A stretch of DNA of 32,000 nt, from the NCBI GenBank assembly GCA_041662745.1, contig JBAZRV010000008.1, positions 954-32,953 of the forward strand, in the 5' to 3' direction. The translations under genes were made by a program, and so were the position numbers. Below the pieces are notes generated by a model, which ran no database searches, had not been told where the DNA came from, and saw only the letters and a program-made list of their open reading frames with translations. Positions 8,790-16,770 of this stretch are shown here, piece after piece. Positions within the stretch are counted from its first letter, which is position 1. Each line of letters opens with the position of its first letter. Source of the DNA: Patescibacteria group bacterium (GTDB lineage: Bacteria; Patescibacteriota; Patescibacteriia; 2-01-FULL-39-33).

Positions 8790-9251
8790 TTATTTCTGAT
8801 TGATTATGCTTTTCAATTCTGCCAGCTTCTTGCTAACCGCCGCTTGCTGGCCGGAAACTGACAACTCGCCAATTTCGCCTAAAGTCAGAATGACGGCCAG
8901 ATGCTTAGCTTTATCATTGGGCGGGACCTTGAGCGCCAACAATTTATCTTGAGCGGAGCGAGCCAAAACCGCCAAGTCATCACTGACCGCCACTTGATTC
9001 AAAAACTCACCGGTAATAGCGCTAAAATTATCGGCATAATCGGCGTCTAATTTAATCAGGTCAACCGGCTGGCTGGGTTGATCCAAATTAGCCGTTACCT
9101 GTTTGATCTGGCCGGGTGGAAGTCCGATACTGTTAACGGCCCCATAAAATTTATAAACCAAGAACGCCGAACCGCATAAAACAACCAACCCAATCAAAAA
9201 ACCGATCAGTATTTGCTGATTTAATTCCAACTTCAAACTGTTTTTGATCAT
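8790..9251 (-). CDS. Single-pass membrane-anchored hypothetical protein
   Basis: 153-aa ORF with one N-terminal helix (ILIGFLIGLVVLCGSAFLVY) followed by a helical soluble domain. Confidence 0.6.
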   Translation of the reverse strand: MIKNSLKLELNQQILIGFLIGLVVLCGSAFLVYKFYGAVNSIGLPPGQIKQVTANLDQPSQPVDLIKLDADYADNFSAITGEFLNQVAVSDDLAVLARSAQDKLLALKVPPNDKAKHLAVILTLGEIGELSVSGQQAAVSKKLAELKSIINQK

Positions 9252-9266
9252 ATAACTGAATTTTAA

Positions 9267-9623
9267 TTAGATGGCGCTGAATAAGGCTAAACCGATAAAG
9301 ATAACGGCGAAGATAACAAACATCGTAGCGACCGTAGAAATAAACGCGGTTAGGGATTCCTTGTAGCGTTTATCTAAAAAATAACGCACCGGCCAAATAA
9401 AAACGATTACGCCGGACACGGCGACTGACAAAACCAATAAGGCAAGAAAAGCCACAATACCAAAAACCGCTGTCCAGGGCCGGGGCGTGGCAAAAAATGT
9501 CTGCGTGCCGACTATGAATATCGCCACTAAAGCGATGTAGCACACTTCCATAATGCCAGCCACCAAGCCTTGGCCGGCCGGAGTGGAAAAACGATCGCGC
9601 TTGAAAGGATTGAGTTTGAGCAT
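9267..9623 (-). CDS. Small integral membrane protein (3 TM helices)
   Basis: 118-aa ORF with an ATG start and three long hydrophobic segments. Confidence 0.6.
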   Translation of the reverse strand: MLKLNPFKRDRFSTPAGQGLVAGIMEVCYIALVAIFIVGTQTFFATPRPWTAVFGIVAFLALLVLSVAVSGVIVFIWPVRYFLDKRYKESLTAFISTVATMFVIFAVIFIGLALFSAI

Positions 9624-9670
9624 ATGATTAAAAATTAATTATTGATTATTGGCCGATGGTTTTGATTCTG

Positions 9671-10021
9671 CTACAAAGAAAAATTATCCTTAAGATTTAT
9701 TTCTATCCAATCAACCAAGGCGTCATCCCATTTATAGGCCTTAATCAGGTGGGTGAAATCGGTTTCCGAATAAACATATTCTACTTCATGATGGCTGCCG
9801 ATACGCCGGCTGCCGTGAGTCTGCTTGTCCAATATTACCGGCCGGGTGATAAAATCTATCTTCATCCTGCCCAAAGGACCGGTAAAACACAGCGTTTCTT
9901 TTTCACCGACCTCCGGTTCAGGCAATTCCTCCGCGGTTATTTGAACGTCGGGAAAATTATCCTGAATCATGCCTTTGATTTGCTGCCATTTTTGCGGGGT
10001 CATATAATTATATCTTACCAT
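9671..10021 (-). CDS. Hypothetical cytoplasmic protein
   Basis: 116-aa ORF. The ATG at 10021 overlaps the queH 3' end by 14 nt. An alternative ATG at 10003 starts 4 nt after the queH stop. I recognise no motif. Confidence 0.55.
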   Translation of the reverse strand: MVRYNYMTPQKWQQIKGMIQDNFPDVQITAEELPEPEVGEKETLCFTGPLGRMKIDFITRPVILDKQTHGSRRIGSHHEVEYVYSETDFTHLIKAYKWDDALVDWIEINLKDNFSL

Positions 10022-10556
10022 TTTTTAGGCTGTATTCGCAACCGCAATATTTCTGACGATAAAATCCTTGATCTTTGGCGAATGAGAGGGCGGCGGCATA
10101 ACCGGGATTAGCTTTAAAATCAAGATCTAAATATTCCAAGCCGTATTTGCGGGCCAATGCTTTACCCAGCTGGCGAATGATTTTGTCATCTTTATGCGGC
10201 GAGATGCTAAGCGAGGTAACAAAGCAATTGAATCCATGGTCAGCCGCATAATCGGCGGCGTTATTAAGACGCAAGTTATAACAGATTCGGCAACGTTTGC
10301 CCCGTTCCGGTTCCCGCTCCAAACTCCGAATTGATCTTAGCCAGCGATCATGATCCCGATCAACTGAAATGAAGTCAACGCCTTGGCCGGTAAAATATTT
10401 CCCGGCTTCTTCGGCGCGTTTATGGAATTCCTCTTCCGGCCAAATATTGGGGTTATCAAAATAAACAGTGAGATCGTATTTTTCGATCAATTGTTGCGAC
10501 AAAAGGCCGCTGCAAGGCGCGCAGCAGACATGAAATAATAGTTTTTCCTTGATCAT
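10008..10556 (-). CDS. queH: Epoxyqueuosine reductase QueH (DUF208 family)
   Basis: LLFHVCCAPCS near the N-terminus and YRQKYCGCEYS near the C-terminus match the conserved Cys motifs of QueH. Confidence 0.85.
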   Translation of the reverse strand: MIKEKLLFHVCCAPCSGLLSQQLIEKYDLTVYFDNPNIWPEEEFHKRAEEAGKYFTGQGVDFISVDRDHDRWLRSIRSLEREPERGKRCRICYNLRLNNAADYAADHGFNCFVTSLSISPHKDDKIIRQLGKALARKYGLEYLDLDFKANPGYAAALSFAKDQGFYRQKYCGCEYSLKNGKI

Positions 10557-10808
10557 TTAGGCCAGCTTAAAAACTTCATCGCCCTCTTTTACCGGCTGAT
10601 CAACCTTAAAGCCGACGGCTTGGCCGACATTAGCCATAGACACTTCTGCGCGATCAATCTGCAAAGAATTAACGGCCTGCTCAAACTCTCTGTCTCCCCC
10701 CTTGACTTTAATGGTATCGCCAACGGCCAGTTGACCGTCACTCAGTTCAATCACGCCGACCCCGATCTTGCCGAAGTAGTGAGTGATTTTACCGATTTTT
10801 TCTTCCAT
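10557..10808 (-). CDS. Small beta-barrel protein, translation elongation factor-like (EF-Tu domain-2-like) family
   Basis: 83 aa, with IGKITHYFGKIGVGVIELSDGQLAVGDTIKVKG and EGDEVFK. The pattern resembles small proteins usually annotated as elongation factor-like. Its stop abuts the queH start. Confidence 0.55.
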   Translation of the reverse strand: MEEKIGKITHYFGKIGVGVIELSDGQLAVGDTIKVKGGDREFEQAVNSLQIDRAEVSMANVGQAVGFKVDQPVKEGDEVFKLA

Positions 10809-10812
10809 ATGT

Positions 10813-11253
10813 TTAATTTTTTAATGTTTTGATCAAATTATCAGCTTCCGCCAGAATTTCTTTCGGCTGTTTAAAACGCACTAATTTCTGGGCGGTCGTC
10901 AGATCAAACCAACCATAACCGTTATGTTCGTGGGAAATTTTCGGTTCGGTGCCGGGCGGAACTTCAGCCAAATAAATCACAAAATCCTTTTTAATCAGGT
11001 CGTTTCCCCCATGATGCGTTTCCCGAAACATAAACTCCGTCTGTTCTCTAAAACCGTCAATTACTTTAATATCTTTTAAGCCGGCTTCTTCGTACAGTTC
11101 GCGCAAACCGGTTTCTAACTCGCTCTCTCCTTCCTCCATTTTGCCTTTAGGAAAATTCCAATAACTGCCCCGGTGATACAATACCAAATATTGCAAGCCT
11201 TCTTTAGGATGGCGGCGAAAAATAATAAAACCGACTGATTTTTGTCTGATCAT
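10813..11253 (-). CDS. Nudix hydrolase
   Basis: The Nudix box GKMEEGESELETGLRELYEEAG fits Gx5Ex7REUxEExGU. Confidence 0.85.
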   Translation of the reverse strand: MIRQKSVGFIIFRRHPKEGLQYLVLYHRGSYWNFPKGKMEEGESELETGLRELYEEAGLKDIKVIDGFREQTEFMFRETHHGGNDLIKKDFVIYLAEVPPGTEPKISHEHNGYGWFDLTTAQKLVRFKQPKEILAEADNLIKTLKN

Positions 11254-11261
11254 ATTGGTAA

Positions 11262-12512
11262 TTATTTCAGATATTTCTTTCCTTTTAATTTTTCCGGCAG
11301 ATATTCCTGCTCTTCTTGATAAGCAAAATCAGGCGAATACTTGTAATCTTTGCCATAACCCAACTCCCTCATCAGTTTAGTCGGGGCATTGCGCAAATGG
11401 ATCGGTACTGGCTCATCAGCCGTCTCCTTAACATCAAGCTGGACTTTAAGGTAAGCCTCGTAAAGGTCGTTTGATTTTTTACATTTAGCCAGATAAACAG
11501 CCACTTGAGCCAGAATCACATTACATTCAGGCATACCTAAATAATGGCAGGCCGTATAGCCGGCGACGGCTTGTTCTAATGCCCGTGAATTGGCCAGGCC
11601 GACATCTTCGCTGGCAAACCGTATCAAACGCCGGGCGATATACAAAGGATCTTCTCCCGCCTCCAGCATCCGGGCCAGCCAATACAGCGCGGCATCGGCA
11701 TCCGAACCGCGCAAGGATTTATGCAAGGCGGAAATAATATTATAATGCTGCTCGCCGGACTTATCGTATAAATGGGCATTACGCTGTAAAGAATCCTTGA
11801 TTTTATTTTTATCCAACTTAATTATACCAGATTTACCGGGTTTGGTCGCTGTTACTGCTAATTCCAAAACATTCAAAGCGGTACGAGCATCGCCATTAGC
11901 TAATAAGGATAAGTATTCTAAAACTTCATCGCCGTAAGCTATCTTATAATTTCCCAATCCCCGGTCCTTATCCGCCAAAGCTTTGAGGATTATCGCTTTA
12001 ATATCAGCTGGCGCCAATTGTTCCAAAATAAAAACTCGCGAACGCGATAATAAAGCTGAATTAATCTCAAAAGACGGATTTTCCGTAGTGGCGCCGATCA
12101 AAATAACGATGCCGCTTTCCACATGCGGCAATAAAGCATCCTGCTGGGATTTATTCCAACGATGAATTTCGTCAATAAACAAAATAGTCCGCTGCCCGGA
12201 AAATTTCAACCGTTCTTGCGCTTCTCCGATTATTTTTTTTAATTCTTTGACGCCGCAACTGACAGCGGAAAAGGAGACGAAAAACGAACCGCTCATGCCA
12301 GCGACGATCTTCGCTAAAGTAGTTTTGCCTGTGCCTGGCGGACCCCAAAAAACCAAAGAGGGCAGTTGGTCGCTTTCCATCAGCCGGCGAAGCAGTTTAC
12401 CCTTGCCCACCAAATCATTCTGACCCACAAATTCCTCCAAATTACGCGGGCGGAGGCGATCGGCTAAAGGCGCATTAGCGCTGAGTTTTGAATCAAATAA
12501 ATCCATAGCCAT
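11262..12512 (-). CDS. rarA: Replication-associated recombination protein A (AAA+ ATPase RarA/MgsA)
   Basis: LRPRNLEEFVGQ, the Walker A motif GPPGTGKTT, the Walker B motif ILFIDEIHRWNK, and the MgsA C-terminal region (HYNIISALHKSLRGSDADAALYWLARML, DIGLA-like EDVGLA). Confidence 0.9.
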   Translation of the reverse strand: MAMDLFDSKLSANAPLADRLRPRNLEEFVGQNDLVGKGKLLRRLMESDQLPSLVFWGPPGTGKTTLAKIVAGMSGSFFVSFSAVSCGVKELKKIIGEAQERLKFSGQRTILFIDEIHRWNKSQQDALLPHVESGIVILIGATTENPSFEINSALLSRSRVFILEQLAPADIKAIILKALADKDRGLGNYKIAYGDEVLEYLSLLANGDARTALNVLELAVTATKPGKSGIIKLDKNKIKDSLQRNAHLYDKSGEQHYNIISALHKSLRGSDADAALYWLARMLEAGEDPLYIARRLIRFASEDVGLANSRALEQAVAGYTACHYLGMPECNVILAQVAVYLAKCKKSNDLYEAYLKVQLDVKETADEPVPIHLRNAPTKLMRELGYGKDYKYSPDFAYQEEQEYLPEKLKGKKYLK

Positions 12513-12541
12513 ATCTTAGCTGACTTTCCAAACGATTACAA
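12513..12541 (-). promoter_or_regulatory. Candidate promoter for rarA (TTGTAA-17 nt-TAAGAT)
   Basis: On the minus strand, TTGTAA sits at 12541-12536 and TAAGAT at 12518-12513, directly abutting the first ATG. Motif match only. Confidence 0.3.
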
Positions 12542-12611
12542 ACCCCTGATCATTTAATGAGCAATTTTGTGTTCAATGACGCAACTCAGCCTTGGCGCCG
12601 GAAAAATTAAC

Positions 12612-12633
12612 AAAAAAAAGGGGCGATCCCTTT
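12612..12633 (-). terminator. Candidate intrinsic terminator after the dCache histidine kinase
   Basis: The minus-strand RNA is AAAGGG-AUCGC-CCCUUU followed by a total run of 8 U. It begins about 25 nt after the stop at 12657. The stem is short (3 GC plus 3 AU). Confidence 0.45.
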
Positions 12634-12656
12634 GTTGCAGATCTTTCATTAATCGA

Positions 12657-15032
12657 TTAAGCCGGACTTAATTCCTTAGTGCCCACTTTTTTCTTCATGC
12701 CTTTAAGGGGTAAAGAAATATAAAAAGTTGAACCCTTATTTTCTTTGGATGTAAACCATACTTTGCCGCCCGCTTTTTCCACTATAGACTTGACCATATA
12801 CAACCCCAAACCGGTGCCATCGGTTTCTTTATTCCTGACATTATCCGCCCGAAAAAGCTTGGTGAAAATTTTGACTTTAGCGTTCTCCGGTATGCCATAG
12901 CCATTATCAGCAATACTAATCAAGATATTTTCTCCTTGCTTGGATAAAATAACGCTCACCTTGCCCTTGGCCGGCGTATATTTGATTGCATTAGTCAGTA
13001 AATTTTGGATCAAAATCCTAACTAAATTGGGATCGGCCTTGACTAAGGGCAGATCTTTGCTGTAATGTTCTGCCAGTTTAATTTTCTTTTTGACGATTTG
13101 AGGCTTCAGCTCTCCAATAATGCTGCGGGAAATCTTTTTGAAATCAATCAGTTTCGGTTCAATAGCAAAAGTTCCAAGATCAATCCGTGAAACATTGAGG
13201 AAGGCGTTAACCAACGCCACCATTCGCTTATTACTGTTGCGCACCTCGGTTAAGTAACTCTTCTGATCCTTATTAAGCTTGCCGGCAGCGCCTTTCAATA
13301 AGATTTCCGTGTACCAATTGACTGCCGCTAAGGGTGTACGCAACTGATGTGATGCCAAAGAAACGAACTCAGTCTTCGCCTGATCTATTTGTTTTTCCTT
13401 AGTAATATCAATCTGAACGGCGGAAGCGCCTATAATCCGCCCTTGAGAATCTTTGACTGGTGAAACAGACAATGAAATATCCACTAAACTTCCATCTTTC
13501 CTCTTCCTGACGGTCTGAAAATGCTCAATTTCTTTGCCTTCAGAGATTTTCTTCAAAAAATCATCAATTTCTTGATAGCGATCGGGGGGCGCCGTTATCC
13601 TGATGTTTTTTCCAATCGCTTCTTTAGCCGTATAGCCATACAGATTTTCCGCTCCCTTATTCCAACTAGTGATCGTACCAGCCAGGGTTTTACCGATAAT
13701 CGGCTGTTCAGCGCCACGAACAATCGCCGCTAAATCTTCAGCTCTGTTCTTTTCTTCTTCTACGTCTTCTAAAATATTCAAAATCGCTTTCTGCTGTTTG
13801 GCCATGACTTCGGCGCGGCGGGAAATTTCTTTGGTTTGTTGTTTGACTTTTTTTTCTGTTTCTTGCTTGCTATTATTGACGGCTGATAACATTTGATTGA
13901 AAGCCTCGGTCATCGTCTGTAATTCATCGTAATGTTTCAATGGCTGCAAATAAGCCCCCCAATCGCCCCGGCTGATCTTCAGCGCCGCCTCATTTAATTT
14001 TTTGATAGGGCGCAATAGATTGCGTATAAACAAAACAGAAATAAAAATAGCGGAACCGGCGGCCAAAACAACAAATAAAACCAACAATAAGGAGATATTC
14101 AAAGCTGGTCTGATATAGCGCGATGCATCCGCCTCAAAAATCATATAAAAATCAAATTTTCCTACTTTTATCACCCCCAAAAGCTCTCTCCGACCTTCCT
14201 GCCGATCATTAAAGTCAAATAACTTATAACCGGTAATGCCGGCTATGTCGGATTGCAAAAAATCATAAAACAACGGCTTAATAGCCTGATCTTGATAACA
14301 CAGACAGTCGCTAATATTCTTTTGCTGTTCCGCGCTTAATACCCCCAAGCTTTTCAACTTCCTATCCTGGACCGAGGAGGCGATGATTACGCCGTTATCA
14401 TCAACAATCATTAATTTATAACTGGCATCAAAATTAAACCAATTCAGATCATTGACGACAGCATCGGAATTTATTTTTATAACCACCGCACCCAATATCT
14501 GACCTTGATTATCCTTAACCGGCACCGCATAATAAAAACCCAACTCATGCGTGGTGACACCAAAATTGGCTACCATTTTCGCTTGGCCGTCAATGGCATT
14601 ATGGAAATAATTACGGAAACGGTAATCATTGCCGAGTAAAGAAGGATCGGTGGAAACAATGGCGACGCCATTCTTATCCAACAGATAAATAATGGAATAT
14701 TCACCGCCGATATTGGCATCATTCAATCTTTCTACGACAGCCGGATCTTGGATGGCCGGCTGTTCACTGCTAAGAACATTAATTATCGCCGTGCTTTTGG
14801 ATAAATAGTCAGCAGCAGCAATACTGTCGTCAAACAGCTGCTCAACCTGATGGCTGGAACTTTGAAGAGTGGCTGATAGGATATTTTTATTCTCATCGTA
14901 AAAAGAATTTTCTGCCAGCCAAAAAACACTCAGAGCGGCTAAAAAGCCAAAAATAATAATTACTAAAGCGATACTAAGAGTGGCCCTGCTAATCAGACTC
15001 CGATAAGGAATTTTTTTATTTGTTATCGCCAT
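12657..15032 (-). CDS. Sensor histidine kinase: TM, dCache-like periplasmic domain, TM, HAMP, coiled coil, PAS, HisKA, HATPase_c
   Basis: Two TM helices (ALVIIIFGFLAALSVFWLA; LLLVLFVVLAAGSAIFISVLFI) flank a region of about 270 aa with Cache-like blocks (YYAVPV, GAVVIKI). The H-box is EFVSLASHQLRTPL. The G-boxes are DNGYGIP and GTGLGLYMVK. Confidence 0.9.
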   Translation of the reverse strand: MAITNKKIPYRSLISRATLSIALVIIIFGFLAALSVFWLAENSFYDENKNILSATLQSSSHQVEQLFDDSIAAADYLSKSTAIINVLSSEQPAIQDPAVVERLNDANIGGEYSIIYLLDKNGVAIVSTDPSLLGNDYRFRNYFHNAIDGQAKMVANFGVTTHELGFYYAVPVKDNQGQILGAVVIKINSDAVVNDLNWFNFDASYKLMIVDDNGVIIASSVQDRKLKSLGVLSAEQQKNISDCLCYQDQAIKPLFYDFLQSDIAGITGYKLFDFNDRQEGRRELLGVIKVGKFDFYMIFEADASRYIRPALNISLLLVLFVVLAAGSAIFISVLFIRNLLRPIKKLNEAALKISRGDWGAYLQPLKHYDELQTMTEAFNQMLSAVNNSKQETEKKVKQQTKEISRRAEVMAKQQKAILNILEDVEEEKNRAEDLAAIVRGAEQPIIGKTLAGTITSWNKGAENLYGYTAKEAIGKNIRITAPPDRYQEIDDFLKKISEGKEIEHFQTVRKRKDGSLVDISLSVSPVKDSQGRIIGASAVQIDITKEKQIDQAKTEFVSLASHQLRTPLAAVNWYTEILLKGAAGKLNKDQKSYLTEVRNSNKRMVALVNAFLNVSRIDLGTFAIEPKLIDFKKISRSIIGELKPQIVKKKIKLAEHYSKDLPLVKADPNLVRILIQNLLTNAIKYTPAKGKVSVILSKQGENILISIADNGYGIPENAKVKIFTKLFRADNVRNKETDGTGLGLYMVKSIVEKAGGKVWFTSKENKGSTFYISLPLKGMKKKVGTKELSPA

Positions 15033-15048
15033 ACCGCCTCAATGTCAT

Positions 15049-15249
15049 TTAATTAATCAGCTGACTTAACTGTCCGGCAACAGACATATGCTCTATCTCC
15101 TGATCGCGAATAAGCAGTACGGCATCACGTTCAAAAGGATCAGCTAAGCTTTCCAAGAATTCATCATAGAGATTCAAAGCTTGCTTTTCCAGGGCATACA
15201 ATTCAACAAAACTTTCAGCTAGCTCGGCTTTGCTTTTTTTTGTTTTCAT
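15049..15249 (-). CDS. 66-aa all-helical ORF, either independent or the frameshifted C-terminus of the double-PAS protein
   Basis: The ATG at 15249 lies inside the last 35 nt of the upstream ORF. The sequence is helical and acidic and contains EIEH. Confidence 0.45.
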   Translation of the reverse strand: MKTKKSKAELAESFVELYALEKQALNLYDEFLESLADPFERDAVLLIRDQEIEHMSVAGQLSQLIN

Positions 15250-16354
15250 ATTTGATTAATTCTTTAAATTTTTTCTCATGTTCCCGGCTCTCCTCAAGCA
15301 GCTGTTCAAGAAGTTTTTTTATCTTTCTGACCTCAACGGCGCTTAAATCGTAACTGCTTATCTTTGCCAAATAATCAGTAGTTAAGCTCTGCACCAGATC
15401 ATCTTCCAGTTCTACGGCCTCCTGAAATTTTTGCGACCAGCTTTTTTCTGTCGCTGCTGGTTGCTCAACCGAACCCTTCCTAAGTTGTTCTTTAAGCTTG
15501 ATTATCCGCAGTTCCCGTCCGACCATAAGCTCATTCAAACGTTCCAAGTCCCTCATTTTCTCCTTCAAACTATTCTCCGCCAGCCGCCGCTTAGTGATAT
15601 CCAATGTAAAACCGATAACGCCCACGATGTCGCCGGCGGCATCGCGATAAGGGATTTTATCGGTTTGGACCCAGAGAGTTTTATTAGGCAAAACCAAAGT
15701 TTCAATAATATTCCTCTTGGCCTTGCCCATTCTAATTACTTCCTTGTCATCATCCCAATAGGCTTGAGCCTGGTCTTTGCTGAAAAGATCAAACATGGAT
15801 TTGCCCTGAAGCTGTTTCTTAGACATCCCCATTACATCGCTGAAGGCCCGGTTAACGCGGATAAAGCGATTATTTATATCTTTATAAAATATCCAAGCCG
15901 GCACGGAATCAAGAATTACTTCTATCTCCTGCTGCTGCCTGTGCAGAGCGTCTTCTATTTTCTTGCGCTCGGTAATATCACTGATTATACCCACCAAATA
16001 AAAATTTTTATTGCCGCTCTTAAAGACGTTCTTTTTAGTTATGATATTATGCGTGACACCCCTGGCATCAGTGAATAATTCTTCATTGATATTCTCTTTG
16101 CCATTTTTAAACACCATTTCATCTTTACTCCAAAAAACCTTGGCCTCTTTATCCGAAAAAAAATCATAATCGGTTTTACCGATAAGCTTCTGCCGAGGGT
16201 ACCCCATAAAAAGACAGTAAGCATCGTTAAGCAGAATCCAACGATGCTTGCGGTCTTTGACAAAAATCGGATCAGAAACCTTATTAATGATATCCAAAAG
16301 CACTTGCTCATCTTTGATAGAAAAATCAGAAGGCTTTGAAATTGGCGTTAGCAT
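15215..16354 (-). CDS. Double-PAS domain protein with a C-terminal coiled-coil/helical region and no kinase core
   Basis: There are two PAS-like units, ending ISDITERKK and TLDITKRR. No H-box or ATPase motifs are present. Confidence 0.85.
   Translation of the reverse strand: MLTPISKPSDFSIKDEQVLLDIINKVSDPIFVKDRKHRWILLNDAYCLFMGYPRQKLIGKTDYDFFSDKEAKVFWSKDEMVFKNGKENINEELFTDARGVTHNIITKKNVFKSGNKNFYLVGIISDITERKKIEDALHRQQQEIEVILDSVPAWIFYKDINNRFIRVNRAFSDVMGMSKKQLQGKSMFDLFSKDQAQAYWDDDKEVIRMGKAKRNIIETLVLPNKTLWVQTDKIPYRDAAGDIVGVIGFTLDITKRRLAENSLKEKMRDLERLNELMVGRELRIIKLKEQLRKGSVEQPAATEKSWSQKFQEAVELEDDLVQSLTTDYLAKISSYDLSAVEVRKIKKLLEQLLEESREHEKKFKELIKYENKKKQSRAS
15234..15241 (-). other. A8 coding-strand homopolymer at the junction of the double-PAS ORF and the 66-aa ORF
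   Basis: T8 on the plus strand. Deleting one base reads ...YENKK-SKAELAESF... straight through. Confidence 0.6.
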
Positions 16355-16364
16355 AAGGAGGGGG

Positions 16365-16736
16365 TTACTTAATGCCCAATTTTTGCTGGACTTTAACGGC
16401 TACATCGGCGACATTCCAATCCACCTTGACCAAGTATTCAAAAGTTCCCAAGGCCACGGCTTGAGCGACCTTAGCTGAGTCGCTTAAATTACTCAAAATT
16501 ACCACTTCGGCTTTCTTGCCCCACCGATCCTTACGTAACTTGGCTAACATTTCCAAACCGTCCATCTTGGGCATTACCAAATCTAATAGAATTAAATCAG
16601 GTTTCTCTTTCTTGGCTAACCGTAAGCCCTCAACACCGTCTTTGGCAAGTAATACCTTAACCTGCCCGGCGTCAAATTGCGATGACAACGCCTTAAGCAC
16701 GATTGGTTCATCATCAATGATTAACAATTTTTTCAT
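16365..16736 (-). CDS. Stand-alone response regulator receiver (CheY-like, no output domain)
   Basis: 123 aa with the IIDDE acidic pocket, phospho-acceptor LLDLVMPKMDG, ILSNL and YLVK. Confidence 0.9.
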   Translation of the reverse strand: MKKLLIIDDEPIVLKALSSQFDAGQVKVLLAKDGVEGLRLAKKEKPDLILLDLVMPKMDGLEMLAKLRKDRWGKKAEVVILSNLSDSAKVAQAVALGTFEYLVKVDWNVADVAVKVQQKLGIK

Positions 16737-16770
16737 ATTGTATTTTAAATTTATAACCGTTTAACAATGA

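Noticed and set aside
9656-10111. Plus-strand 151-aa ORF overlapping the 116-aa ORF and the queH 3' end
   Set aside because: It is antisense to queH, which has clear family motifs. It has no motif of its own and breaks the otherwise uniform strand organisation.
15431-16078. Plus-strand 215-aa ORF
   Set aside because: It is fully antisense to the double-PAS gene, whose PAS blocks are clear. It is a shadow ORF.
16355-16364. GGAGGGGG on the plus strand between the receiver gene and the double-PAS gene, as a ribosome-binding site
   Set aside because: It is on the wrong strand for the flanking genes, and no plus-strand ORF follows it.
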